From: Klebsormidium nitens
Lineage: Eukaryota > Plantae > Klebsormidiophyceae
Direction: 5' to 3'
Assembly: GCA_000708835.1 (NCBI GenBank)
Contig: DF237004.1
Location: 193,480 to 257,479, forward strand
DNA length: 64,000 nt
Under the pieces are notes generated by a model. It saw nothing but the letters and a program-made list of their open reading frames with translations. It had not been told where the DNA came from and did not search any database. The first letter of the stretch is position 1, and each line of letters begins with the position of its first letter. The position numbers and the translations under genes were made by a program. Shown in pieces: positions 50,501-61,741 of the stretch.

Positions 50501-53500
50501 TTATCAAAGCCTCCGGTCTTTCAGGTTGAGAACGACTTCGACTTCGACGGCTGGCGCGCCGACTCGGCCAAGCATATGCCCGTCAGCTTTTGGAAAGCGC
50601 TCAAGGTGAGAAACGCCGACCGCTGAGAGAGCCGCAGACTAGGGTGCTTGAAAGCTTCTTTCGAGTATTGAAGGGCGTGAGGAAACTACCAGGGCCGCCT
50701 GCTTGGTAGAAAGACAACGATTTGGAAAGTCGCGTCAGGTCTGATATGTGTAAGAGAAGCTTGAAAGCAATTTCTGCCTTACCGTGAGAAAGTCAGGTTG
50801 CTAAGAACTTACTCTGAACTTTCGGAGTAGCTTCTGACCCAAACATTTGTTCTGGCCAATGACGGCTTAAATCACTTCAGCACAAATAGGCGCCTATTTG
50901 TGTCGAAACATTGTGATTGGGGCAACAAAGAAAACCTTCAGTTTCAGAAACAACAAGGATGAGCAGATACGACTAGAACCAGGAAATACGCCAACATAGG
51001 CAAAACCACTTCGACAACCATCCTCTGTATACAGAAAGAAGCATCATCTTAACCTCTTTCTTTAAATCAAGTCACTTTATATCTTTCAACCCCTTTTTCT
51101 AGGCAGCGTCAGAGTGCTACACGGTCGGCGAGGTCTACAGCGGGGACTCGTGCTTCGTGGGCACTTACCAAAAGGGGGGGGCCATGGACGGGCTACTTTC
51201 ATACCCCTCTACTACACGCTGAGTAACGTCTTCGCGTTCCGGGACTGCCCCGACTGCCCCATGTCCCGACTGGGGGAGCGCTTTTGGCAATATAAGACGG
51301 CGTTTGCTGACGGGGACGCGCTCGGGACGTTTCTCGACAACCACGTGAGCGATTCAAGCGATCTGATGTCGGCCTGTCTCCCTCTCGCTTCCCCACCCTT
51401 CCCGTTTTCCTTTCCGCTCTTCTTGTGAGTCGCTTTCATTGCATTCCTTCTCTTTCTTGTCACAACCTGTCACTTCTTCACTTCTTCGGCGCACTTCGCT
51501 ATTATCTGCTACGTCATGCAGACGGGCGAGAACTCGTTCGAGGTTTCCAGCCGCGCCAATGGGTTTGATGAAGTTGACGTCAACAAGCGCTCACGGGTTG
51601 CGCCTCAAACGAGATAACCCAAGCAGCTAAGAAGCAAAGCGCATCGCCTGAACACGTGGCTCTGAACGCCATTCCCCCCACGTGGGGTTGCAACAGCTTC
51701 TGCAATACTCGGTAACCGCTCTCCATGATGCGGCCGCTTCTGACGTGACTTTTCCTGATGACGTGGCCGGTCTTGCAGGACCAGGACCGGTTCTTCCAGT
51801 ACGTACCGGGCGGCGACTTGCAGCTCGCGAAAAGCGCGCTCACGTATTTGCTGCTCAGTCAAGGCATCCCCATCGGTACGTTGCTTCCCCTTCACACCAG
51901 TCTCTCCCTCTTCTGGTTCTTCTTTGTTCTTTGTTCATCCTCCTTTTGTCATTTTTTTGAATATTCTTTACCTCAATTTCATTTCCGGCTTGGACTGGAT
52001 CTATTGATTGTTCTCGTTTGCTTTCTACACCTTTCTTCGTACTTTTAGGTCGCCGCTTTTCCAACGGTTGAAGCGCTCGGCGAGCGTGCCCCGGGCCAGG
52101 GGGCGCGGGTGTGGAGAACAGGATCCGAAAGTCCTTACTCGACGTTTCCTGAAATTAGGATTGCAGGGCCACGTGTACCATCTCCGCCGGGCGCAACCTA
52201 CTTAATCTGAGCCCTGAGCTTTATACCGGACGGCTTCGATCGACCATGTGACTTACCGGGCACTCCGGACAATCGGCAAACGCGCAGACTGGCAAGCTAG
52301 GGGATACGAAGTTCAGCCCCCTACGCTAGCCTCCGGAGTTTCGAAATTTCCCGAAATCGGGAACCTGAGCTGATTTTCTCTATCCTTTTCTCCATACCCG
52401 CCCTTCGGCCAGGCCGGGGCGCCGCGAGGACCCCCCCTTTCGATATTATTTTCTGATTTTTTGGTTTTTCAATCCTCTTCGGTCCCCACCTTGCTCGGAC
52501 CCTGAGGCTTAGCGTCTTTCCTTCTCGACGTCCGCTGGTTGTTTGCTACGTCTCAATAATTCGCCAGCACACTTCATCATATTGGCACATTTAAACACTT
52601 CCGCTGTTCTGCTGCGCAATTTACTACGGAACGGAGCAGGCCCTGACCGGAACGAACGACCAGAGCAGGTGAGGCGCATACCTGCCGAGCCCAACTCCCC
52701 AACTCCTCCGTTTCCTTCCGGCTGGTTCGGTTCGCCTCTAATTTGCATCTTCTCTTCCTGACACGACTCGGCCTCGTCTGGTTTTGTCCCGGGAGATATT
52801 GTGCAGCTTTGCGTCTTCAGAAGCAAGGGTTTCCTTTTGCATTGCTTCTAGGCTTACCGTGGTACTGCGGTGCTCGCTTTCAGACCAGCAAAGGACGCTG
52901 CTATCAATCCCCTTGCCATCCCAATTTTGCTTTTGCCTTCAGTCTGTATTCGCTTCTCGCGCGCCAGCAGGCTTGCATACAACAGACTTGCCAACTCGAG
53001 GCGACTTTGCAAGTTCGTCAAAAGCCAAACGCGAATCTTTAAAACAGGATCGGTGCGCAAGTGCTCGTTTCGCTCCTTTTCGCTTCGGTTCCGCTACTCA
53101 TTCGGAGCCGGAAGCCTTCTTGGGTGAACGAAGAATTTGATGTCGGTCTGAGACATTGCGACTTTGCTGCAAACGGCGTGCACTCTTGTAGTCCGTTTCC
53201 TTCGAGTATTTGCTGAGTTCCGCTCTGCTCCATGCAGGAACCGGAAACCTCTCTGGTGGATAGGGTTCGACACTTCGGCGCCGCTCTACAAGTTCATCGC
53301 CTTTGTGAACAAGATTCGAGGGACGTACCGCGTGTGGCGCTATCCGCAAAAGGAGGGCTGGAGCGTGAGGAAACGCGGACGCTCTTTTGCTCTTCGTCTT
53401 TCTTCCCTGTTTTTGGCCCTCCAATCCTCTTGGCTGGTTGACACGAGCAGCCGTCAAGCCCCGCAATGCTGACCCCACTTCTCTGCGCGTTATCAGACGC

Positions 53501-54063
53501 CGGTCGCCATGGCCGCTTGCACAACAATGCATATCCGTAGTATCTCCACTCTTTCTCGCCCTTCCAACTTTTGGCGTCTTCTTCCCTGTTATGTTCGTTC
53601 GTTTCCTTTTCTTTCTTCTTGTACGTTCCCTCAACATTTTGGACGTTTCTTCCCTGTTTGTTTCCCAGCATTCTTCATTCAATCTTCGAACGTCTCCCCT
53701 GGATAATACCACCGCTTTCGCCTCCGGGTAATTCCCAGACCCGCTAAGAAAGTAAAGGCGTTTCCCCTCAAGTCTCGTTCTCCCTCTTGGCAGGGCGACG
53801 ATCTGTACGTCTTCACGCGCGGCCCCGTCCTGGTCGCGCTGACGAACCGCCGCGCGCCAAACCCCCAAACCCTGCCAGGGACGTCGCACAACTTCCGCCC
53901 GGGGGAGCGCGTGTGCAACTTGTTCTTTCCGTCCGCTGACTGCGAAACCGTCGGCGCGGACGGAACGCTGAGGATCGTACTGCTGAACGGAGAGCAAAAG
54001 ATCTTTGTGCCCAAAAGGACGCTTCGGACAGTGGGGTTAGACGAGCGAGTTTCGGACGGTTAG
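47546..54063 (+). pseudogene. Secreted GH13 alpha-amylase (fungal Taka-amylase-like) with three apparent lesions; recent pseudogene or assembly errors
   Basis: Exons 47546-47760, 48677-48874, 49361-49577, 49961-50065, 50525-50605, 51103-51344, 51779-51875, 52620-52668, 53238-53364, 53794-54063. Signal peptide, VYQIMTDRF, YCGGTFRGI..MGFDAIWLSP, GYHGYWP, LDIVPNHM, DGWRADSAKH, GEVY, FLDNH|D, GIPIVYYGTEQ. Lesions: in-frame TAG 49557-49559, one C missing at 51204-51207, acceptor CAA instead of CAG at 52617-52619. Family confidence high; pseudogene status less so. Confidence 0.75.
48845..49015 (+). repeat. 67-bp-period triplication of amylase exon 2 end plus donor
   Basis: gcgggagct(c/t)aa|gt(a/g)ag with GT at 48875, 48942, 49009. 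Confidence 0.85.
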
Positions 54064-57000
54064 TTAATGACTTGCCTAGTTACCGGTAAGGCGCCCGGTG
54101 CTCGCGCGTAATGTCAAGTACAGAAGTGGTTCGTCGCATAGCTTGAGCAAATCACTCATGTCGCCAGGATTCTGTCGAAAAAAGGCGCTAGAAGTTGCTC
54201 ATTTTCGGTGCGACTCTCAAGTAAGAGAGCGCGAAAACGGCTGTCCTTACGGATTAGCGTACACCGCTCTTGGCCAGTTGCCAAAGTGGTAGATGCGCTC
54301 GTACGTCTCGGCCTGTGCATACGACTCCTGAATCCAAATTACAACGTACGTACGTCTCGCGATGTGTCTTGGATAGCAGCTTGACCGGACGTGATCAAAC
54401 GTTTGATACGGATGCCTTTCCACCAAACTCAAAGCAGGCGCGATCTGTTATACGCAATCCAGAATACGAAAAAAATCCTGATGGTTGCATGCAATCGCCG
54501 AACATTGGGCACTGAGCAACAATAAATCCGCGCTATTAATCGACGTACGTATCCACTTCCCTCAACTAGATTCTGGATCGCAACTTAAATGTCAATCTCG
54601 TGACTTTCACGTGCCTGATCGACTATATAGAATAGACTTCGAATATAGTTGCAGGCTCAAGTAAGAGATGTACGTGGTCTACTCGTAATTGGCCGCATAA
54701 TCTGATGTTGAACCTCTCCTGAGGCGCGAGCTCTGGGATAGTGTCCTTCAATCCGATCCCATGTGACCTGTTTCATCGCGGTGTGACAACTGCCAAGCCC
54801 GCGCGATTAACATGTGCTAGCTGTACGTCTTCAAGTCCTACTCTTAGGCTTGCTCTGAGCTGCCCCACTTTTTCAACCTCGCAACTGAGATCTTATGTAG
54901 CTTGCCCTCCTCCTCGTACAACAAAGCGTCCCATCTGTTCAAATCCGCAAGCCTTGCCGCCGTGGCTTCTGATAAATTATGCGAACGCACCACCAGCCCC
55001 GTGCTAGCGTCATCCAACGTGGTCGGGTTGATTACGGTGTCCTCGAGAGGACCCACTATTTCTTTCATGTTAAACAAGCGAGAGACAACGGGGGCCAAGG
55101 GCTTGACGTCCGACATGTTTTCGGCTACGAACACCAGCGCGAAGCTGCGCAGGTTGCGCAGCGCGCACTCGTAGTGCTCGCGCGTCACTTCGGCGAGCAG
55201 CGCGCGCGGCGTGTCTCCTTCGACTAAACGCTCCTCAGCAGAGGCGCCGTCTTCCAGTTGGACACCTGTAATACATGACGGTCATTTCGGGAATGATCAC
55301 AGCCAAACGATTATGGCCAAAAACCAAGCTCTCAAGTAAGAAGATCCCGACTGACCTCTGAAAGCTAACCCAAACATTTGCCTGCTCCGCCCCCGTAGCC
55401 ATCCTGATCCCCCAAAGTAACCCTCAGACTAACGATCTTTTCAATTCCTGCCGCTTTCCATTCCTGATTAAGACCCTCACCTGTTTCACGGTTGCATAAG
55501 ACCCGTGTCATGTGGTTGCTTGTCTGAAAACCGCCGAATCGGAAATCGTCATCCCAGACGAATTCGTCGAACGTCGCGTTGCCAGCTGGCGGAACGACCG
55601 GCGAAAGCTTCCCCGTCTGGATGTTCCAGTTCCACCAGCTGACGACACGGGACACCGGGTGCCGGAGCGTGGTGACGTAAGCGAAGGTGCCCCGGTGGCC
55701 GATCGAGTGGAGGCCGTACGAGAAGTGGCCGCTGACGAGACGCGCGCGCTGGAAAGTGCGCTGGATGCGGGCGCGTATCGGCGCTGTGAAGCTGTGGTAT
55801 TTCGCCACGTAGCTATAGGAGAAGATCCATGATATGCAATCCATGTTTTGCCAGGCTGGGCTGCAGGGGTCAAAAGAGATATTGTTTTGGAACTCAAGAT
55901 GCCAGAAGCTATATTATTCTTCCTCTGCTTTGAAGAGAAGGAAAGAGAAGCTCTGACCTTTGCATTCGACACTTTTTGCTTGGAACAGCCTGTCGTAGTT
56001 GATTCCTAAGGACATGACGGAGTCGCTTATTTGGGTTGCGGTTGTTAGTTGTTCCCTGCAGAAAAGGTCTGGATGAAATTTGAAGCATTGCTTGGATCGA
56101 AGATACAGATCGTCTGGTCAAGCTGTTCATCACAAGGCACGTAAACCTTCGTCAAAAGCTTACTCGTCCCAAGCCGCCATCCCTTGGCAGTTTTCCGGAT
56201 CGTACTCTGCATAATGCAGCAGATTGAAGAGCCGATTGCAAGTTTCTCCTTCCAGTCCCTCGAGCGCGCGCATGTTCGGCTCGCACTCCGTCATGCTGAC
56301 ATCAGTCGAGAACATGACGTCAAGAGTGCTGCTGGCCGCTTTCTGGATCCTCAAGAGGAACACCGTCGCACGGCCCGCGAGGAATTCCTCGTGTAGGGGC
56401 TCCAGAGGAAGCAGTTCGATCCTGTATACAAGAAAGGTTTTGGCCTTTAACCATGGATGGTTATGAGCTGGTTACGGGCTCGTTAGAAATAGTTCTATGT
56501 CCAAGCACCAGACTTGGGCGGTAACCAGCCACAATGTTGAAGCCCGGTTAATTGTCCAATAAGCTGAGAGTCAATTCTTGTAACCAGCCAGGGTAGCAGC
56601 CAAACTCTTGTCTTCAAGAACACGGAATACTTTGCTCCAAAACGGGGACTCCTCCTCATGGGGCGGGACCCCTGGATGCATTCAAAAGTTGCATCAGAGG
56701 TGTAATCAAAAGCACGGATCTTCGACATCAGCGTTTGGTAATGAGTTAATTATGGTTTGGTTGAATAACCCCACATCAACAGAGAGTTATGCTTCCAAAC
56801 GTCCATTCGAATATTCAATCGACAGCCGAGTCGATTGGATCCTGATCATATGTTTGGTTTTAGTATTGATCAACTCAGTTCCAAACCGCTGATGCAGAAG
56901 AACAATATCATTATCACTATAAATCAAAGCCCGGTTTAAGATCGTTCGCTGAGGCCGTTTTGATCTCAGAGATCCAGCTTTTAAGATCAAAAAGGTCTGA

Positions 57001-57440
57001 CACAACTTTTAAGACCAAAATACCCTGAAAATCTGAATAGGTTCAAAATCGAAGTGGCCTCACAACGAGCTTAAACCGGGCTATCATTTATAGTGAATGC
57101 CTGAAGCTTAAAACCCAAGGAACTTACTCTTCATCCGCCACATCTCTTTCTTCCGTGTCAGCGCTTTTTCCGTCATAATCCCATCCATGTATCTGGATAT
57201 CATCCTCTTCCGTTGCGCTTATCATATTCGGGGCAGTATCGTTCTGAATTTGGAGTCCGACGACTGAGTGCTCCAGGGTGCCACTAATCTTGCTCCAGGT
57301 CACCCTAGTATAGAGCGCCCCATGAAAAAGGAAAGTGTAAGCCGCCAAAAACGACCAGAACAAAACGATTGTGACAAGACACTTCCGGTTTTTGAATGCT
57401 GCCAGTGCGAAGCCTGTGCGGGGGTTCGGGGGATCCATTC
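53982..57440. repeat. Segmental duplication unit 1 (amylase C-terminal tail, shared 3' region, sulfotransferase); unit 2 at ~60238 to beyond 64000
   Basis: gctgaacggagagcaaaagatctttgtgccc..cagtggggttag..ggtaaggcgcccggtgctcg (53982-54110) recurs at 60240-60390; exon 2 (258 bp) and exon 3 (380 bp) have identical lengths in both sulfotransferase copies. Confidence 0.9.
54844..57438 (-). CDS. Type II membrane Golgi-type sulfotransferase (HS 2-O/6-O-sulfotransferase / Sulfotransfer_2-like), copy 1
   Basis: Exons 57438-57128, 56421-56164, 55860-55481, 55265-54844 in phase. N-terminal TM (CLVTIVLFWSFLAAYTFLF), 5'-PAPS loop FLLRIQKAASSTL, SGHFSYG, 3'-PAPS motif YVTTLRHPVSRVVSWW, SNHMTRVL, LNRWDALLYE. 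Confidence 0.85.
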
Positions 57441-58299
57441 TAAAGAGAGTGAGAAAAGAGCCTTCCAGGAACAGTCCTCTCTATCTTCTCAGACCATTGT
57501 CGTCCGTTGGGTCTCTTTTCTATCTCGATAAACCTGTCTGCTCTTTCTCAGAAGGAGGGGATCCACCCTTTAAAGTCGGGTGGAGCTAGGCTGGCGGCTG
57601 CTACAGCCGTTTTTTGAAGTCCACAGGCTTGCTTTAGATCCTGCGGGTCACGTCAAGCGGCCAAAGATACCAAGAGAAGAAAGTGCAAACCGCGGAGAAC
57701 TCAAGGAGACAAGACCATGTGGGCAGTTTGCTGGATATCACCTCTACAAAATTGCACATGGGTCAGCGTAGGGAAACAGATGTGGCTGCTCAATTTGCGT
57801 GAGAACCTCGGCCTTAACGAAGAGACCTGGTCTTGTTGTGCGACATGAAATCCCACAGCCTGAGACTTGCCAACTCATGCTTGGTTTTCTGGGTGATCAA
57901 TTTGCAGCCCTCAAAGGATGATGTGACGCGACCCAGCCGAAGAACGTTGATGTGACAGGAGCGGGCCAGGATTCACAACTCTGACTATTCGGTGTGGTTG
58001 TCATATTATGGTTGGCTAGCGAGAAGCTTAGAAACGCAGCGGGTCGATCGCTCGGCCGGTGCGATTTGACGTACATGTGGACCGATCATCGATGCCATGA
58101 TCCGGCTAGGCGTTTGTTTTCACCTAGGTAAGAGGATAAGAGTATACGTCTGCGCGCAGGCACAGATGCATTTGTTTACGTGCCATAAGTACTTTTCGTG
58201 ACTAGTAAACCCCAATAAAAAGGTCAGGTAAACGAGTCCTTGTTCTGCTTCGCTCAACTTCAGAGCTTGTTTCGGAGCCTCGGTCTTAAGTAAGCCAGT

Positions 58300-58451
58300 T
58301 CTGTTTCCATGCACTTGCGCCTCTACCAGAAACCGGTTCCGGCGTGCGCTTTCCGTTCCATCAGGCAGCGGAACCCCTCGTCCGTGAAGCGCACCGAGAC
58401 TTGCGCAAAGTGCGCGCAAGTCGTGACTGTTTGCGCGAGGTTGTTCGAGGA
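58300..58451 (-). pseudogene. C-terminal half of a second DUF3626 gene
   Basis: SSNNLAQTVTTCAHFAQVSVRFTDEGFRCLMER then (frameshift) FLVEAQVHG, aligning to STEDLAQTVATCEHLAHVLVRFTDEEIRCLVER..FLIEAQVHG of 30265-31140. Confidence 0.9.
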
Positions 58452-59625
58452 TGCTAGCAGGCGCAGGCCGGGCTCAGTGGTCAAAGTGATATGCGGCCGC
58501 GGCCGCCGGCGAGTCACGGACGGTCAGGGGTGCGGCGGGGCTCCGCGGCCGCCCGCGCTCAGTGGAGGACCACTTGCCACGAACAAGAACAACGGAATCA
58601 TGTACCTAAAGAGCAAGGAGGACTACGAAAGGCGTGCTAGCGTGTTGCCGTACAAGTTCTCAATGAAGGAGCGCGGGGCGCCCGATGATGGGCGGGCGAG
58701 GAAAAGCGCCAGATGAAGAGAGCGGCCGCGCCGAAGCTGGACGGCTCAGCCTAAAGAGTACAGCCTGAGAGTTTGTTCACTGGCTGATATAGGGTATAAG
58801 TGGGGCAGAAGCTCTGGACAAGATACAAGCGCGAGGAGGCGGCAGACTGTATGAGTTGGCTGCAGAAGAATGATCGGAAGTCCCTGGTTGACTGGTTTGC
58901 TGGCGCCAGGTGCGAAGAAGAGGCGCCATGCCTTGGAGGTTTTGTTCAGTATCATGTTTGAAGGAGCGCCCTTGGGCTGCACTCTGGCTGACGGGACCAC
59001 AATAGCGGTGAAGTAAAAAGGACCAAACCTCAACAAGGTCTGCTGAGATTAGGTGAGAATTTCCAACACAGTTGAGTCCCCTCTCACGACAAGAAGTGTT
59101 CATATTGCTCACTTTCTTCAGATCATTTCGAGAGGAATTACAGCCAACGTCTCCGGCTGATCGATACGCTCCTCTAACATGTACTGGCGTGTCTTTTGCG
59201 ATTTCTGTAAAGGAAAATTAGAAAGGAAGCACTCAGATATTGATGAGTTGCCCGTCCAAGAAACAGACGTAAAGCTACTCCTGCTGAAGTTGGATGAAGC
59301 GCGCGTGGCAATCAGCGGGGCGCATTCGACCTGAGATTCTGAAGCTCGTTGCTGATTATGATCTGCTCTTCTTAAGATGGGGGCTCCCTCACGCGCGCTT
59401 CTTCCAGATGAACTGATACTTGTGAATTTCCAAGCTTGCATCCAGCAACTAACAAACTTGATGAGTGACTAGAACGAAGCCAGCTGCTGAACTCACTTAG
59501 CAACAATCCGACTTCAAAACGTTGTTCTTCTGCAGGCAAGACATCTGTTGAAGCCTCGTTGTGTTTGCCAATCAACGGGGGCAGCAGCCAAACTAAAACT
59601 TCCGAATCAGCTGCGCATCTTCGAG

Positions 59626-60236
59626 ATGGGCTGTTCAATCAGCTTTTTTAGGTGGCACTTTCCTGGGGACATTCGACAGTCCAATGATGCGAAGGGGCCA
59701 GAACTGAACCCAGATAGTCGGAGCCGTCTTTCGAAAACTCAGTCAAGAGTGATGGCGGGGGGATGGCGGACGCACGTCGGCGTGCGACGAGAGCATTTGA
59801 CGTCTCTCAGAATTTCAGAACACGTTTCAGAAACTCGGGTACGCTCAGGAAGACCTGGATTGCGCATTAATGTACTTTCGGGACGAGGTTCCTATCATCA
59901 TTCGGGCATCATTCACTCCGATCCTTGGCGAGTCGTCAAATATGGCTGGTTGTCAGAGAGGACGGTTTTGGACTGCTTTCTCAGAGACACCCATTATCGA
60001 AGCGGTTTCGAAACGGGTTTATCAGATTGGAAAACGCAAAAGCGAAAGGATTAGGAAAGGGTGCCCTTCTTGGGGCAGTATGACCAGGGATCGGCGCGCG
60101 GGGAACGCCCCAAGTACCGGGCTCGGTGAATGTTTACAAAAAGCCACGTGGAACGGCGCGCGGTTACGGGGGATGCTACTTCGAGCTGCGCGCGGACGTC
60201 CGCGCGCGCTGCACCTTCACGTACGGCAACTCCTCG
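59626..60236 (+). pseudogene. N-terminal half of the second DUF3626 gene, with frameshifts and an internal stop
   Basis: MGCSISF..KGPELNP..LSKTQSRVM; YFRDEVPIII; RTVLDCFLRDTHYRSGFETG; TAG at 60052-60054; GERPKY..NVY..GTARGYGGCYFELRADVRARCTFTYGNSS, then homology stops abruptly. Confidence 0.9.
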
Positions 60237-60889
60237 GACGCTGAATTCGGGGCGCAAAAGGTCTTCGTGCCGTGTTCGTGCCCAAGAGGAAGATACGGAC
60301 GCAGTGGGGTTAGTGGATTGAGTTTCGGACCTGTAGTTAGTTGTTGGCTCGCCTAGTTAGCGGTAAGGCGCCCGGTGCTCGGGCGTGAAGTCACGAGGAA
60401 GTCACGGACAGAAATGGTTTACAGTGTAGCTTGAGAAATCTACCATGTCGACGAGACTCTGTCTAGGAAAGTTGCTATACACGTGCTATATAGACGAATT
60501 GCTCTAAACTCTGTATCAGACTTGAGTAAAAGAGCGCGAATTACGGCTGTGATTCACTGGATAGTGTACACCCCGGCCTCTTGGCCAATTGTCAAAGCGG
60601 CCGATTCGCTCATGCGTCCCGGCATGCATGAGCCGCCAGGGATGTGAGTGTGTGCACAGATATGCAGCTATTGCATGAACGTGCTGCAATCCACGCATAG
60701 TCTAGAATGCAGATTCGCGTTGTCAACCCTGTGTATTTGGACTCGATTTGGATCCACTCCAAAGAATGAAGCAGGCGCCATTTGTTATCCGTCGCGCAAT
60801 TTGTTCAATGCATCAACCGGCCAGGCTCCTCCATTAAATGATTGTTTGTTTACAGTCCGTTCGGGGCCACGACTGGCCTAGTGGACTAT

Positions 60890-61450
60890 CCTATCAAAGC
60901 TAGCCTATTATTGTTGTCCTCCTCTTCGGGCTCAAATGAATGTACTTAGCAACGGAGAGTTGTTCTCTGAAATTGAGAAAGTCTCCTAAGTTCTGGCTAG
61001 CATTAGCTTGAAAAAGGTGTCTATATTGGAGCCTTAAATCTCGATATGCCTCACAATGAAACAAAAAGTGAGCCTCGTCCTCAACTTGATTGCACTTACA
61101 GACTTGGCACAATCTATCTTCTTGTATACTCCATGCCAGCGACCCGTTTCGACAGCAAGTTTATGCGCCCCTGTCCGGAATCTGGCCAATTCGAGCAAAA
61201 GGGGTGGTGCATCTTGAAGCAAATCAAGGTACTGTTCCCAATGGTATCCCCTTTTTACTTTCTCAAAGTAGGTGACATACTTCGAACCCCCTTGCTCACG
61301 AAGGTCTACCATGTAGGCCAGTTGGGCTCTCTCTAGGAGACTACGATTTGCAAAGGCGTCAGCTCGTTCTAGCTCCGGCCGGCTAACTAGCTCGAGGCCC
61401 CTCTCTACGACTTTCGCATACCAGCCCCCCTTCCCTTCCCGACACATCAT
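60890..61450 (-). mobile_element. 3' fragment of a non-LTR (LINE-type) retrotransposon ORF2
   Basis: ..WEQYLDL..LARFRTGAHKLAVETGRW (frameshift) RLCQVCKCNQVEDEAHFLFHCEAYRDLR, the typical CCHC-type C-terminus after the RT domain; absent from the homologous position of duplication unit 1. Confidence 0.85.
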
Positions 61451-61741
61451 CTTCGACTCCTCAAATGCGAGCTTTGCTAATCGATCTTAACATCCCTCCA
61501 AGCTTCTGGTTCCCAGCCAATCGTGATGTCGATTGCGTGACTTTCATACGATACATGACCGACTCAATTGTCGCCTACATTAGTTGCCTGATTTAAGGAT
61601 TAGGTGCGTACATGTGTTCTACGAATCTGGCGCATTAAGCCGCGAATGTACAGCTAGCAAGCCCCTAATTAGCTCCTAAGCGTTCCGCAACTGTGCCAAC
61701 TTACAATGAGATTGATAATCTATCTAACCTCTATTCTACCC

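Noticed and set aside
53098-53997. 299-aa minus-strand ORF
   Set aside because: Antisense to amylase exons and a pyrimidine-rich intron; K/R richness comes from the CT tract.
54844-57438. Plant tyrosylprotein sulfotransferase (TPST) identity
   Set aside because: Plant TPST is anchored near its C-terminus; these proteins have an N-terminal anchor and none at the C-terminus.
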